A stretch of DNA of 64,000 nucleotides from the human T2T-CHM13v2.0 reference genome, Homo sapiens (GCF_009914755.1 NC_060929.1), one strand, 5' to 3'; numbered from the stretch's first letter, positions 27,154-41,650 are shown. The notes: generated from the sequence alone by a model not told the origin. Program-made: numbers and translations.

Positions 27154-27507
27154 GCCTTAGTCAATTTTACGCTGCTATAACAGAATACCTAAGACTGGGT
27201 AATTTATAATGACCAAAAATTTATTGGCTTACAGTTCCAGAGGTTGGGAACTCCAAGATCAAGGCACCTGCATTTGGTGAGGGCCTTCTTGCTGCATCAT
27301 TACATGGCAAGAGGTAGAAGGGAAAGGGCTCAAAAGAGCAAACCCACTCCTGGGAGCCCATTTTATGATTTCATTAATTTATTCATGAAGGCAAAGACCT
27401 TATGATCTAAACACCTCCCATTGTGCCGCACCTTCCAACACCGTTTTTTTGGGGGATTAAACTTCAACATGAGTTTTGGAGGGAACAAAAACATTCAAAC
27501 CACGTTA
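27154..27507 (-). mobile_element. MST (C/D-like) MaLR solo LTR
   Basis: CTTAGTC...GCTGCTATAACAGAATACCTAAGACTGGGTAATTTATAA...CAACATGAGTTTTGGAGGGAACAAAAACATTCAAACCA. Confidence 0.85.
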
Positions 27508-28057
27508 AAATGCTTAATACATAAATATTTTCAAATGTATTTCTTAAAAATAACTGTAGGTAATTTAAGTCTTTGGGATTTGAAAAGTTGAGGGCAAAAA
27601 CATGATGCAACATTTCTGCATCTCTTTCTATCTTCATTAAACATAGATATAGTGACTTCTCCTTCTGCTTACAAAGGATTAACTGCTATAGAAGTGTTCA
27701 TGGAGTCCCTTGCAACTTTGGTTGATTATCAATCTCTGCATACTCTGTTAAAGGAATTAAAGGAAAACATAAACATAATGAGGAGAGAAATGGAAGATAC
27801 ACCACCAAGTTGGGCAATAACAACTTCCAAAGTAAAATAATTGTAAGGAAACTGTAAAGTAAACAATTCCCAGAGCTCACACAGGACTGGGATTGTTTGA
27901 CTAATGTTGCCCAGTCACAGTGAAGAGACATTATTTAATTCAAGGACATTCAATAGAGACTTGAGAAGGGTCAAGCCTTAGAAATGGGGCAAAATCACCC
28001 TAAAACAAGGGCTTCTCTATGTGATCTTAAGTAGAGCTTTTAAAAAACACCTCAAGT

Positions 28058-28242
28058 GGCTGGGCACATTGGCTCACACCTGTGATCTCAGCACTTTGGG
28101 AGGCTGAGGCGGGCAGATTACTTGAGCCTAGGAGTTTGAAACCAGCCTGGGCAACATGGTAAAACCCTGTCTCTACCAAAAATAGAAAAAATAGCCAGTC
28201 TCATAACCCAGTCTCAGAATAAATAGATAGATTAAAAATTTT
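28058..28242 (+). mobile_element. Short AluJ derivative (left arm and linker, right arm almost absent)
   Basis: Left monomer, linker, TAGCC, then AGTCTCATAACCCAGTCTCA and an A-rich tail. Imperfect TSD AAAAAA(C)ACCTCAA. Confidence 0.85.
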
Positions 28243-29026
28243 AAAAAAACCTCAAAATGGATAAATTTGTGTGAAAGTAACATAACTACCTCCTAGAAAG
28301 CGCTTACCACTAAAGAGAGACAACAAAATTGAGCACTCTGCAATGTGAAATTCACCATGTCTGAGTATCAATAAAAATTATTATACAGAATAGTTTATAT
28401 TTTATACAGAAAATAAAATTTATACAGAAATTTTATTTACTTATATAAAATGTTCTTTTATACAAAAAAATTATACAGAATAGGAATCTGAAAAATGCAA
28501 TCCATACCTGGGAGAAAAATCCATTAGTAACAAATAAATCTGGAAATGACAGAGATTATGGAATTATCAGAAAAGTGTATTTAAAAAGCTATTATAAACA
28601 TGCTACATTTGTTCAAATGATTTTTAAAATGTGGACACAATGAGGGGAGAAATCGAAGAAATAAAGAAGAATTGAATGGAACTTCAAGCAATGAAAAATG
28701 CAATAGCTGAAATGAAAAATATACTGAATTCAAGAGCCCATTAAACACTGAAAAAAGAAAGATCAGTGAACATGAAGTTATACAGATGTAAATGATCCCA
28801 AATGAAACAGAAAAAAAAAACAGACTTGAAAAAATAACAGCATCAGTGAGTTATGGGACAATATTAAACAGTCAAACATATGTGCAATTGCAGCTAGAAG
28901 GAGAGGGAGGGGGATCAGAAAAGATATTTGAAGAAGTAATAGCCAAAACATTTTATTCCTTGACAAAATCTTTAAACCCACAGATCCAAGAAATTCAGTA
29001 AACCCCAAGCAAAAGAAACATAACAA

Positions 29027-29620
29027 GGCTGGTTACAATGGCTCATGCCTGTAATTCTAGCACTTTGAGAGGCCAACATAGGAGTAGGATCTCTTGAGCC
29101 CTGGAGTTCATGACCATCTTGGGCAAAATAAGGAGACTCTGTCTCTATAATTTTTTTTTTCCCCCGGAGACCAAGTCTCACTCTATTGCCCAGCACCCAG
29201 GCTGGAGTACATGGCACGATCTCAGCTCACTGTAACACCTGCCTCCCAGGTTCAAGCAATTCTCGTGCCTCAGCCTCCTGAGTAGCTTGGATTACAGGCA
29301 TGCACCACCATACCCAGCTACATTTTTTTTCTTTTTGGATTTGTAGTAGAGATGGGGTTTCACCATGTTTCCCAGGTGGGTCTCAAACTCCTGAGCCCAG
29401 GCAGTTCTGCCGCGGCCTCCCAAAGTGGTAGAAGTACAGGTGTCGGCCACCTCACCTGGCCCCTATTTTTTTTTTAATTAGCTGTGCGTGGTAGTTGGTT
29501 CCTGTAGTCTTAGCTACTTAGGAGGCTGAGGTGAAAGGATTGCTTGAGTCTAGGAAGTCAAGGCTGCAATGAGCTGTGGTCCCATCACATCACAAGGGAA
29601 ACTGTCTAAAGAAAAAAAAA
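29027..29620 (+). mobile_element. AluJ split at its linker by an inverted Alu
   Basis: Left arm 29027-29150 and right arm about 29463-29620. Flanks AAAAGAAACA on both sides. Confidence 0.85.
29151..29462 (-). mobile_element. AluJb-like, nested in an AluJ
   Basis: Full dimer GAGACCAAGTCTCACTCT...CTCCTGAGCCCAGG...CACCTGGCC. Confidence 0.9.
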
Positions 29621-29702
29621 GAAACAAAAAACCAGGTTTGTTCATCATAATCAAATTGCTGACAACTAGTGATGAAGAGAAACATCTTTAAAAGCCTCCA
29701 GA

Positions 29703-31483
29703 CTTCTGGTTTCTGGTTCAGCATGTAAACAGCTTGAAAGTCATCACTCCATCTTAACAAGTACAAAGCTGAACAAGAGGAATGAGATCCTGGGAAAACC
29801 ACTGCCTCCAAAGCTGGAGAGACAGAGGACAAAAACAGAGAATCACAACTCACCAGGGCAGAAACCTGCAAGCAGAACCCTCTGCTGGAACCAGTACCAG
29901 GGTAGGAGAACCTAAGCTATAATTAACAAATTGCCGGAAGCTTGGTGTGCACAAGTTTGAGATGGGAAACAGTTTACTCGGAGCCTAAGTAACCTGGGGG
30001 AAGGGAAACCGACTTCAGCATATTCTAGATGTTCTATCCCACCTGAGCTTGGAGATAAAACTGAGAAGCTCTTGTCAAGTTCACAGCCCAAAGGCTCACT
30101 AAGAGACTGAGACCTAATCATAGAACTATAGAATGTTTCCCCTTTTCTCATGCCTTATTGTCACATAATAAAAGGCCTATTTACCAGAATTTCTTCTACC
30201 CAGTATGGCATGTTTGGCTTTCAACAAAAAATTTTGAGACATACTAAAAGGCAAAAACAGTTCGAGGAGACAGAACCAGCATCATAACCAGACTTAAATA
30301 TGGCAAGGATGTCAGAATTATTGGAATTTAAATCAATTATAATATGCTGAGGGCTCTAATGTAAAAAGTAGAAATGGTAAAAATAAAAAACACTAATAGA
30401 AATGAAGCATGTCTTTGGTGTGCTCATTAGTAGACTGGACACAGCTGAGGGAAGAATCTCTGAGCTTGCGGTTATATCAGTAGAAACTTCCAAAAGTGAA
30501 AAAGACTAACAAATTTGAAACAGAGTATCGAAGAACTTTGGGACAATTACAGAAGGTGTAGCATATCTATAATGGACATACCAGAAGGAGGAAAGAGAAA
30601 GAACAGAAGAAACATTTGAAGCAATAATGGCTGAAAATTTCCTCAAATGAATGTCAGATACCAAACCACACATCTAGAAAGCTCAGAGAACGCCAAAGAT
30701 AAATGCAAAAATCAAACAAGCAAAGAAATGACACCTAGGTATATCATATTTAAAGTACTGAAAATAAAGAATTCTTGGAAGAAGCAAGAGGATAAAAACA
30801 GCTATAGATGGACAAAGATAAGAATTACATCTTTTGCCTCGGAAGCTATGCAACCAAGAGAAGAGAGTGCAATATTTAAACTGCTATGAGAAGGAAACCC
30901 ACCAACCTAGAGTTTTGTATTTTCTGATTTTATCATTCAAAGCTGCCTTAGTCAGTTTGGGCTGCTAAAACACATTGTTATAGACTAGTTGGTTTATAAA
31001 CAAAAGAAATTTATTTTTCACAGTTCTGGAGGCTGGAAATCCAACATCAGGTTGCCAGAATAGTCATGTTTTGGTGAGGGGCCCTTTTCCACGTTGCAGA
31101 TGGCCAACTTCTTGTATCTACACAGGGAAGTAAGAGAGTTAACTAGTTCTCTGGCCTTTCTCATAAGGGCACTAATCCCGTTCATGAATGCTCCACCCTC
31201 ATGACCTAGTTAACTCCCAAAAGCACCATCTCTATAAACTATTACATTGAGGTTAGAGTTTCAACATATGAATTTTGGGAGGTCACAAACATTCAGTCCA
31301 CAACAAAAAGTGAAGAAGAAATAAAGGCTTTGTCAGACAAATAAAAGTTGAGGGAATTTGTTATCAGTAGAACTGTTTTGCAAGAAATGTTAGAAGTTTT
31401 ACAGCGAGAAGGAAAATGATACATGTCAGAAACTTGGATGTATATAAGGAAAGAAAGAGCATTAGAAAAGAAGTAAGTAAAAA
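29703..31483 (+). mobile_element. L1M (L1MC/MD-like) 5' UTR plus ORF1 only, bounded by TSD
   Basis: L1M-type 5' start GACTTCTGGTTTCTGG, ORF1 remnants (TPRYIIFK). 14-bp TSD TAAAAGC(C/A)TCCAGA at 29689-29702 and 31484-31497. Confidence 0.78.
30944..31305 (-). mobile_element. MLT1A/MLT1A0 solo LTR
   Basis: TGCCTTAGTCAGTTTGGGCTGCTA...TTTCAACATATGAATTTTGGGAGGTCACAAACATTCAGTCCACAACA. Confidence 0.88.
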
Positions 31484-31972
31484 TAAAAGCATCCAGAGTA
31501 AAAATACACATTATATACAGAGAAATAAAGATAAATATGACAGTAGACTTTTTGAGAACACATTTAAAAATGACATCTTTACAGAGTGTATGGAGGGGGG
31601 TGATTGAAAGATCTGTCAACCTAGAGTTCTAAACCTAATGAAAACATCATTACAAGATGAAGGCAATAAAGACTTTCAGACAAACAAATACAGAGAATCA
31701 CAACTCACCAGAGCAGAAACCTGCAAGCAGAACCCTCTGCTGGAACCAGTACCAGAGTAGGAAAACCTAAGCTATAATTAACAAATTGCCAGAAGCTCGG
31801 TGTGTACAAGTCTGAGATGGGGAACAGTTTAGTCAGAGCCTAACTAACCTGGGGTAAGGGAAACTCGAAGAAAATTCATTGGTACCAGGTCTACGCTAGT
31901 AAGCAGTGTTAAAGGGAGCTCTTTTGGCTGAAGTGAAATGGTTTCTGATGGAAATTTGAAACCACACACATA

Positions 31973-31974
<2 letters not shown>

Positions 31975-32046
<72 letters not shown>

Positions 32047-32060
32047 TCCCTCTCTCCCCC
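31975..32060. repeat. Compound (CA)n(TC)n microsatellite
   Basis: About 17 CA units directly followed by about 17 TC units, then TCCC variants. Confidence 0.95.
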
Positions 32061-32566
32061 TGCCAAAATAATGAAAAGAACTGGAAATAGCAAAACGTTT
32101 GGGTAAATATTTTAAAAATGCTGTAATTTTTACTGTCATGGAAATGTAACTATTTTAAACAAAAATAATAATAGTGTTTTGTAGAGCTTATAGTATAGGT
32201 TATAGTAAATGTGTGGAAATAATAGCACAAAAGATGGGAGGAGGGAAATGGAAGTATACTACTTTTATAAATCTTTACAATATAATATGACAGTAGGCTG
32301 TGATAAGTTGTAGCTATGCATGTTAAACCTTGGCATAACCGTTAAAAATAAATATAAAAAAGAGATATTGCTAATAAACTAATAATAGAGACAAAATGGA
32401 ATTCTAAAAACATTCAATTAATACCAAAAAAGGCAGGAAAATAGATGAAGAAGCAAAGAGTAAATGTGACAAGTAGAAAACAAAGATGTGGCATATATAA
32501 ACCCAATCATATTAATAATTAAATACAAGTTGTCTGAGCATGCCAGTTAACAGACAGAGATTGTAA

Positions 32567-32712
32567 GCTGGGCATGGTAGGGCATGCCTATAGTCCTAGC
32601 TATTGGGAGGCTAATGTGGGAGGATAGCTTGAGTCCAAGAATTTGAGGCCGCAGTAAGCCATAATCTCACCACTGTACTCCATCTTGGGTGACAGAGTGA
32701 GTCTCTGTCTCT
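32567..32712 (+). mobile_element. Alu monomer (FRAM/FLAM-like)
   Basis: GCTGGGCATGGTAG...TAGTCCTAGCTA...GGGTGACAGAGTGAGTCTCTGTCTC. Confidence 0.8.
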
Positions 32713-32874
32713 GTTTTCTTTTCTTTAAAAAGGAGTTTATAAAATAAAAATAATAACCAACTCTTTAACAGTTTACAAAAACCCTTTTTCCAGTATAAAG
32801 ACAGAGATAGGTTAAAAACAAGGGAAGAGAAAATATTTACCATATAAACACTAACCAAGAGAAATTTAGGGTGG

Positions 32875-35179
32875 TGTATTAGTCTGTTCTCATGCTACTA
32901 ATAAAGACATACCTGAGACTGGGTAATTTATAAAGGAAAGACGCTTACTTGACTCACAGTTCCACATGGATGGGGAGGCCTCACAGTCATGGTGGAAGGT
33001 AAAGAAGGAGCAAAGACCTGTTTTACATGGCAGCAGGCAAGAGAGCATGTGCAGGGGAACTACCCTTTATAAAACCATCAGATCTTGTGAGACTTGGTCA
33101 CTGTCATGAGAATGTCAAGGGAAAGACCTGCCTCCATGATTCAGTTACTTCCCACCAGTTTCCCCTTCATGACACATGGGAATTATGGGAACTACAATTC
33201 AAGATGAGATTTGGGTGAGGACACAGCCAAACCATATTCTGCCCCATCCCCTCCCAAATCTCATGTCCTCCCATTTCAAATCCATTCATGCCTTTCCAAC
33301 AGTCCCCTAAAGTCTGAACTTATTCAAAGTCTCATCTGAGACAAGGCAGGTCCTTTCCGCCTGTGAGAATGTAAGATCAAAAGCAAGTTAGTTACTTCCC
33401 AGATACAGTGGGGGTACAGGCATTGGGTAAATATACCCATTCCAAACGGGAGAAATTGACCAAAACAGAGGGGCTGTAGGCCACATGCAAGTCTGAAATC
33501 CAATAGAGCCATCATTAAACCTTAAATTTTCAAAATGATCTCCTTTGACTCCATGTCTCACATCCAGGTCATGCTGATGCAAGAGGTGGGCACCCATGGC
33601 CTTGGGCAGCCCTACCTCTGTGACTTTGCAGGGTAAAGCCCCTCTCCTGGCTGCTTTCACAGGCTGGCGTTGAGTGTCTGTGGCTTTTCCAGGTGCATGA
33701 TGCAAGCTTTCAGTGGATCTACCATTCTGGAGTCTGGAGGACAGTAGCCCTCTTCTCACAGCTCCACTAGGCATTGCCCCAGTGGGGACTTTGTGTGGGA
33801 ACTCCAACCGCACATTTCCCGTCCACACTGTCCTAGCAGAGTTTCTCCATGAGGACCCCACCCCTGCAGCAAACTTCTGCTTGGACATACAGGCATTTCC
33901 ATACATCCCCTGAAATCTACGTAGAGGTTCCCAAACCTTATTTATTGACTTATATGTACCCATAGGTCTAAAACCATGTGTAAGCTGCCGAGGAATGGTG
34001 CTTGCACCCTCTGAAGCAACAGCCTGAGCTGTACGTTGGCCCCTTCTAGCCGTGGCTACAGCTGAAACAGCTGGGATACAGGGTAATGTTTGAAGGCTGC
34101 ATAGAGAAGGGGGATCCTAGGCCCAGCCCACAAAACCATTTTTTCCTCCTGGACGTCCAGGCCTGTGATGGGAGAGGCTGCCATGAAGGTCTCTGACATG
34201 CCCTGGAGACATTTTCCCCATTGTCTTGGTGATTAACAACGGGCTCCTTGTTACTTATACAAATTACTGTAGCAGCTTGAATTTATCCCCAGAAAAATGG
34301 AGTTTCCTTTTCTATAGTGTGATCAGGCTGTAAATTTTCCAAACTTTTATGCGCTGCTTCCTCTTGAATACTTTGCTGATTAGAAATTTCTTCTGCCGGT
34401 TACCTCAAATAATCTCTCTCAAGTTCAGAGTTCCATGTATCTCTAGGGCAAGGGCAAAAAGCTGCCAGTCTCTTTGCTAAAGCACAGCAAGAGTCACCTT
34501 TGCTTCAGTTCCCAACAAGTTCCTCATCTCCATCTGAGAACACGTCAGCCTGGACTTTATTGTCCATGTCACTATCAGCATTTTGGTCGAAGCCATTCGA
34601 CAAGTCTCTAGGAAGTTCCAAACTTTGCCACATCTTCCTCTCTTCTGAGTCCTCCAAGTCTCTAGGAAGTTCCAAACTTTCCCACATCTTCCTATCTTTT
34701 TCTGAGCCCTGCAAACTGTTCCAACCTCTGCCTGTTACCCAGTTCCAAATTAGCTTCCACATTTTCAGTTATCTTTATAACAACACCCTACTCTACTGGT
34801 ACCAATTTACTGTATTAGTCTGTTTTCACACTGCTAATAAAGACATACCTGAGACTGGGTAATTTATAAAGGAAGGCAGTTCAATTGGCTCACAGTTCCA
34901 CATGGCTGGGGAGGCCTCATAATCATGGCGGAAAGTGAAGGAGGAGCAAAATCATGTCTTACGTGGTTGCAGCGCAGGCAAAAAAACGTGTGCGGGAGGA
35001 CTTCCCCTTATGAAACCATCAGATCTTGTGAGACTTAGTCACTTTCCCTAGAATAGCATGGGAAAGACCTGCCCTCATGATTCAGTTACCTCCCACTAGG
35101 TTCCCCCCACAACACATGGTAATTATGGGAGCTAAAATTCAAGATGAGATTTGGGTGGGGACACAGCCAAACCATATCA
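32875..35179 (-). mobile_element. Complete THE1 (C/B-like) MaLR provirus: LTR 32875-33237, THE1-int, LTR 34811-35179
   Basis: Two LTRs TGTATTAGTCTGTT...ACACAGCCAAACCATAT(CA) with about 1.57 kb internal sequence. Perfect 5-bp TSD GGTGG at 32870-32874 and 35180-35184. Confidence 0.95.
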
Positions 35180-35819
35180 GGTGGCTATATTAACATAATA
35201 CAAAATAAGTTTCAGATCAAGGAATGTTTACGGGAATAAAGAAGGCAGCTACATAATTATAAGGAAGTCAAAATATCAACAAAGAATAACATTGTTACAT
35301 GTGTATGCACCTAATTACAGACTTTGAAAACACATGAAGCAAAAACTGATAGAATGGAAAAGAAAAAAGACAAATCTGCAGATAGAGTTGAAGATTTCAA
35401 TTAGTAGAACCAGTAGACCAAAAAATAATTGTCAGTATATAGGAGATTCAAGCAACACTGTCAACCAACTTGATATATTTGCCTTAAAGAATGTGCTGAC
35501 AAAAATTAGAAACATGGAGAAAAAAGTTTCCAAGATTTTATGTGTAAAAAATAAAATTATAAAATTACAAGAAGAAATCATGTGAAAATAATTATATTTT
35601 TTAAATTTTAGACTAGAGAAAATCTAACTGTAGTGCATAAGTTAAGGAACATAATAAAATAATGTAAATATAATCATATGAAGTTAAAAATTCCTTCAGG
35701 GCAAAAATCATAAAGTCAAAAGATAAGTTAAAAAGGGAACTATTTGCTACTGCAATCATATATGAAACAGATAATCTTATTACATAAAGTGATTCAACAA
35801 ATAAATAAACGGCCTTCTA

Positions 35820-37439
<1,620 letters not shown>

Positions 37440-37584
37440 AATAGCTTCTGGAAAAGAAATGTTTTTAAATATATGAAAGAATACTCAGTCTCATAGACAA
37501 TATCATTTTTGCCAATCAAATTGCTAACAATTAAAATGTTTGCTTATATTCTGCACAGATAAGGATAGTGTAAAACCTGATTGT

Positions 37585-38065
<481 letters not shown>

Positions 38066-41019
38066 GATGAAAGTGTGGAAATATAGGCACTCTCATTCTG
38101 TTGTGATTCTTAATATAAAGCAGCATAATCTCCACTCAGCATTTTGTTAATACCTAACAAAGTTACTGACTACACACATCTTTTGCAGTAACAAATCTAC
38201 TTCTAGGGATGCGACCTTAATATTTTTGTATATATGTATAATAATACATTTTGCAATAGCACAAATGTTTGTCAATAGAAGATTGGTTTGAAAAATTGTA
38301 GAACATTTTACACAATGGAATGCCAATCAGCTGTTAAAGTATATGAGAACAAAGGGACATCGTCAAGATGGCAACTAGACTTGCCTGGTGCTTGGTTTGT
38401 GCCCCACGACTGCCATCAAAAAGGACCAAAACAACAAATAAACAACTATATCTCAATTGGAGAGTCTGAGACTGTATACCGGGGAGCACCAGGGGAGCAG
38501 TCAGATCCCTGTGGAGCATGGAAGTGTAGCGTAACACCACAGAGAGGGGAGCAAGGCATCCTACCTCTCCAATACTGTCTACCCTGCCATGCTTGTCCTG
38601 GAGCCAAGGGGACTTCTTATGGGGAGATGGTAAGCAGGAGATCCTTGGCAGTTCCCCATCACCACCACAAACACTGGCAGCAATTCCTACAAGAGGGTCC
38701 TCCAGTCTTCAAAGGCCACAAATCTTGTGTAGACAGTTGTCACACATGTACACAGCTGCATTGCCCCAGAGAAGGAACCTCTGGGATAGCCCCCACCCCT
38801 GTGGCCTAAGCTGCCATGGCACAGTGCCATCCTGAAAACTGGAACCATTGCTGGAACGTGTCCTGCCCTGGGAGACAGTAGGTACCAAATCCCCCATCCC
38901 TGTGGGCCCACTGTCATTTCACTATGTCTACACAAGTGCCTGCACCACACATGCCCTGACTGCCTAGAATCTAGACTTGAAAAAATTACTAAGACCCTGA
39001 TGTTAAAACCCAGGAGTCACTCTATCCTCCAGGGAAACAACATGACCTACACAGTGTGAAAGCCTCATGCAACTGTCAAGCACATGTGTACCCACCCCCG
39101 TCATCATAGGCAGCCAGAAGGCAGCTTTGCCCCACTAGAGAGGATCCTGTGCAGCCGTTGGCCCACTCCCCACCCAACAACCAACCCAGAGTTGACCCTG
39201 CCCTCCTAGAGTGATTCCTGTGCAGCTGCCCAGTCCACATGCCCCTGTCCCCAGCCGTACAGCTGTCCCAGAGACACCTTTGCCCCATCAGAGAGAGCCC
39301 TGTGCATCTAGCTGCCTGGTCCACATGCACCCATGCTTAGCCTGACAGCCAGCTCATTGGTAGCCCTGGCCTCCCAGACAGCCTGCCACACAGCCTGCTG
39401 GCACCCAACTTGCACTCAGCCTGACAACAAACCCAGCACCCCTGCACCATCAAAACTGCACTACCACTGTCACAAACTCCCACAGCCTAGGCCACTGAGA
39501 CAATTGCAGGTATTGCAGATGAAAATTACAGATAATGAATCTACAAAGACCACAATACTGAGTCCAGCCAGAACCAGAGCCAATGCACCATTCTCAACAG
39601 ACACTCTAAGGAACTATCTACCAAAAAAAAAAAAAAAAAAGCCACTTATTTCAAAAGCTACTTTGTAAAATTGGAAAAGGTGACTATTTCAGTAGAGGTT
39701 CAGATGTCAGTGTAGAAACCCAAGATACATGAAAAAGCAAGGAAACATGACATCTCCAAAGGAACTAAATAAGACTCCCGTAACAGACCCTCAAAAAAGG
39801 ATATTTATAAAATGACTGAAAAGAATTCAACATAGTGATCTTGAAGAAACTCAGTTCAATACACAAGAATACAATTCAATGAAATTAATAAAATAACCCA
39901 TGATCTTAATTAGAAATTCAACAAAGAGATAGATGTCACAAAGAACCAAACAGAAATCTTGGAGCTGAAAAATGAAATGAATAAAATTGAAAAATCAATT
40001 GAGAACTTCAACAACAGACTGAATAAAGAAGAAAAAATTTCCTGAAAGGGAAGATAGGTCTTTTAAGATAACCCAGTCAGAGATAAAGAGGAAATAAGAA
40101 TAAAAAGAATGAAGAAAGGTTACATGACTTACAGGACACCATTAGTGAAAAAAATATTTGCATTATAGAAGTGTCAGAGGGAAAAGAAATAGAAAAAGTC
40201 ACAGAAAACCTATTTAATGAAATAATAGCTGAAAACTTCCAAAGTCTGAAGAAAGCTGTGGACATCCAAATCCAGGAAGCTCAAAGATTCTCAGTGTGAT
40301 TCAATACCCCCCAAATTGTCTCTGAGTCATATTATAATAGGATTGTCAAAAGTCACTGACAAATGGAGAATTCTAAAAGCTACAAGAGAAAAACATTGAG
40401 TCACATATGAGGGAATCTCCATTAGACTGTCAATAAATTTCTCAGCAAAAATCTTGCAGACCAGGAGAGAGTGCAAAAATACATTCAAAGCATTGAAATA
40501 AAAAACTGTCAGCCAATAATACTATATTCGTTAAAGCTATACTTCAGAAATGACAGAGAAATAAAGAACTTTCCGGACAAGCAAAAACTGAGGAAATTCA
40601 TCAATGCTAAACTGGCTTTACAAGAAATGCTTCAGGGGTTGCTGACTGGGAATAAAAAGATGATGATTACTACCATGGAAGCATGTGAAAGTATAAAATA
40701 TACTCATCTAGGTAAATCCATAATTATACTCAGAATATCCCAGTGCAGTAATGGTGCTGTGTAAATCAGTCCTCATATATCAGTGTCTAAAGTCAAAAAG
40801 GTCAAAAACCTCAGCTGCTACAATGAGTGGCTAAAAATACTCTAGACGTTTTTCTCTCCCCATTCCACAGTTTGTATTTTGGTTGCCTTAATTTATATCT
40901 TTAGAAAATTAAGACAACCAAAATACAAATTGTGGGATGAGGAAAGGAAAAAGTCTAGAGTATTTTTATGCAGCCAAAGTTAAGTTGTTATCAGTCTAAA
41001 ATATTCTACCTACGAGACT

Positions 41020-41421
41020 CTTTTTTTTTATTGTTATTATTATACTTTAAGTTTTAGGGTACATGTGCACAATGTGCAGGTTAGTTATGTATGTATACAT
41101 GTGCCATGCTGGTGCGCTGCACTCACTAACTTGTCATCTAGCATTAGGTATATCTCCCAATGCTATCCTTCCCCCCTTCCCCCACCCCACAACAGTCCCC
41201 AGAGTGTGATGTTCCCCTTCCCGTGTCCATGTGTTCTCATTGTTCAATTCCCACCTATGAGTGAGAATATGCGGTGTTTGGTTTTTTGTTCTTGCGATAG
41301 TTTACTGAGAATGATGATTTCCAATTTCATCCATGTCCCTACAAAGGACATGAACTCATCATTTTTTATGGCTGCATAGTATTCCATGGTGTATATGTGC
41401 CACATTTTCTTAATCCAGTCT
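41020..41421 (-). mobile_element. Young 5'-truncated L1 (L1PA2-like) 3' end
   Basis: TTATACTTTAAGTTTTAGGGTACATGTGCAC...CATGCTGGTGCGCTGCAC...CATCTAGCATTAGGTATATCTCCCAATGC. GAG form, not the L1HS-Ta ACA. Confidence 0.92.
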
Positions 41422-41482
41422 TTATTTTAGCCCCATGGTAGCCACAAAGAAAGAAAAAGAGTAGGTACACAAGTGATAACAT

Positions 41483-41650
41483 GGCCAGATGTGTAAGTAT
41501 GTACCTGTAGTCCAAATACTCATGAGGTTGTGGTGGGAGGATCACTGGAGGCCAGGAGTAGAAGGGTGTTGTAGGGTACTATGATAAGACCTGCAGATAA
41601 CTACTACATTCCAGCCTGGGCAACACAGTAAGGCCCTGTCTCTAAAAAAA
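41483..41650 (+). mobile_element. FAM/FLAM-like Alu monomer
   Basis: GGCCAGATGTG...GGAGGATCACTGGAGGCCAGGAG...CCTGCAGATAACTACTACATTCCAGCCTGGGCAACA, with the FAM-type extra segment. Confidence 0.75.

Noticed and set aside
28380-28482. AT-rich imperfect TTATACAGAA repeats
   Set aside because: Low-complexity slippage within old L1 with no regular spacer structure.
33388-33963. 191-aa ORF
   Set aside because: Remnant of the THE1-int ORF inside the provirus.
34602-34712. About 54-bp tandem duplication in THE1-int
   Set aside because: I recall it from other THE1-int copies, so it is probably inherited from the source element and not locus-specific.
38288-38809. 173-aa ORF
   Set aside because: Reads through the GC-richer L1MA 5' UTR with no recognisable domain.
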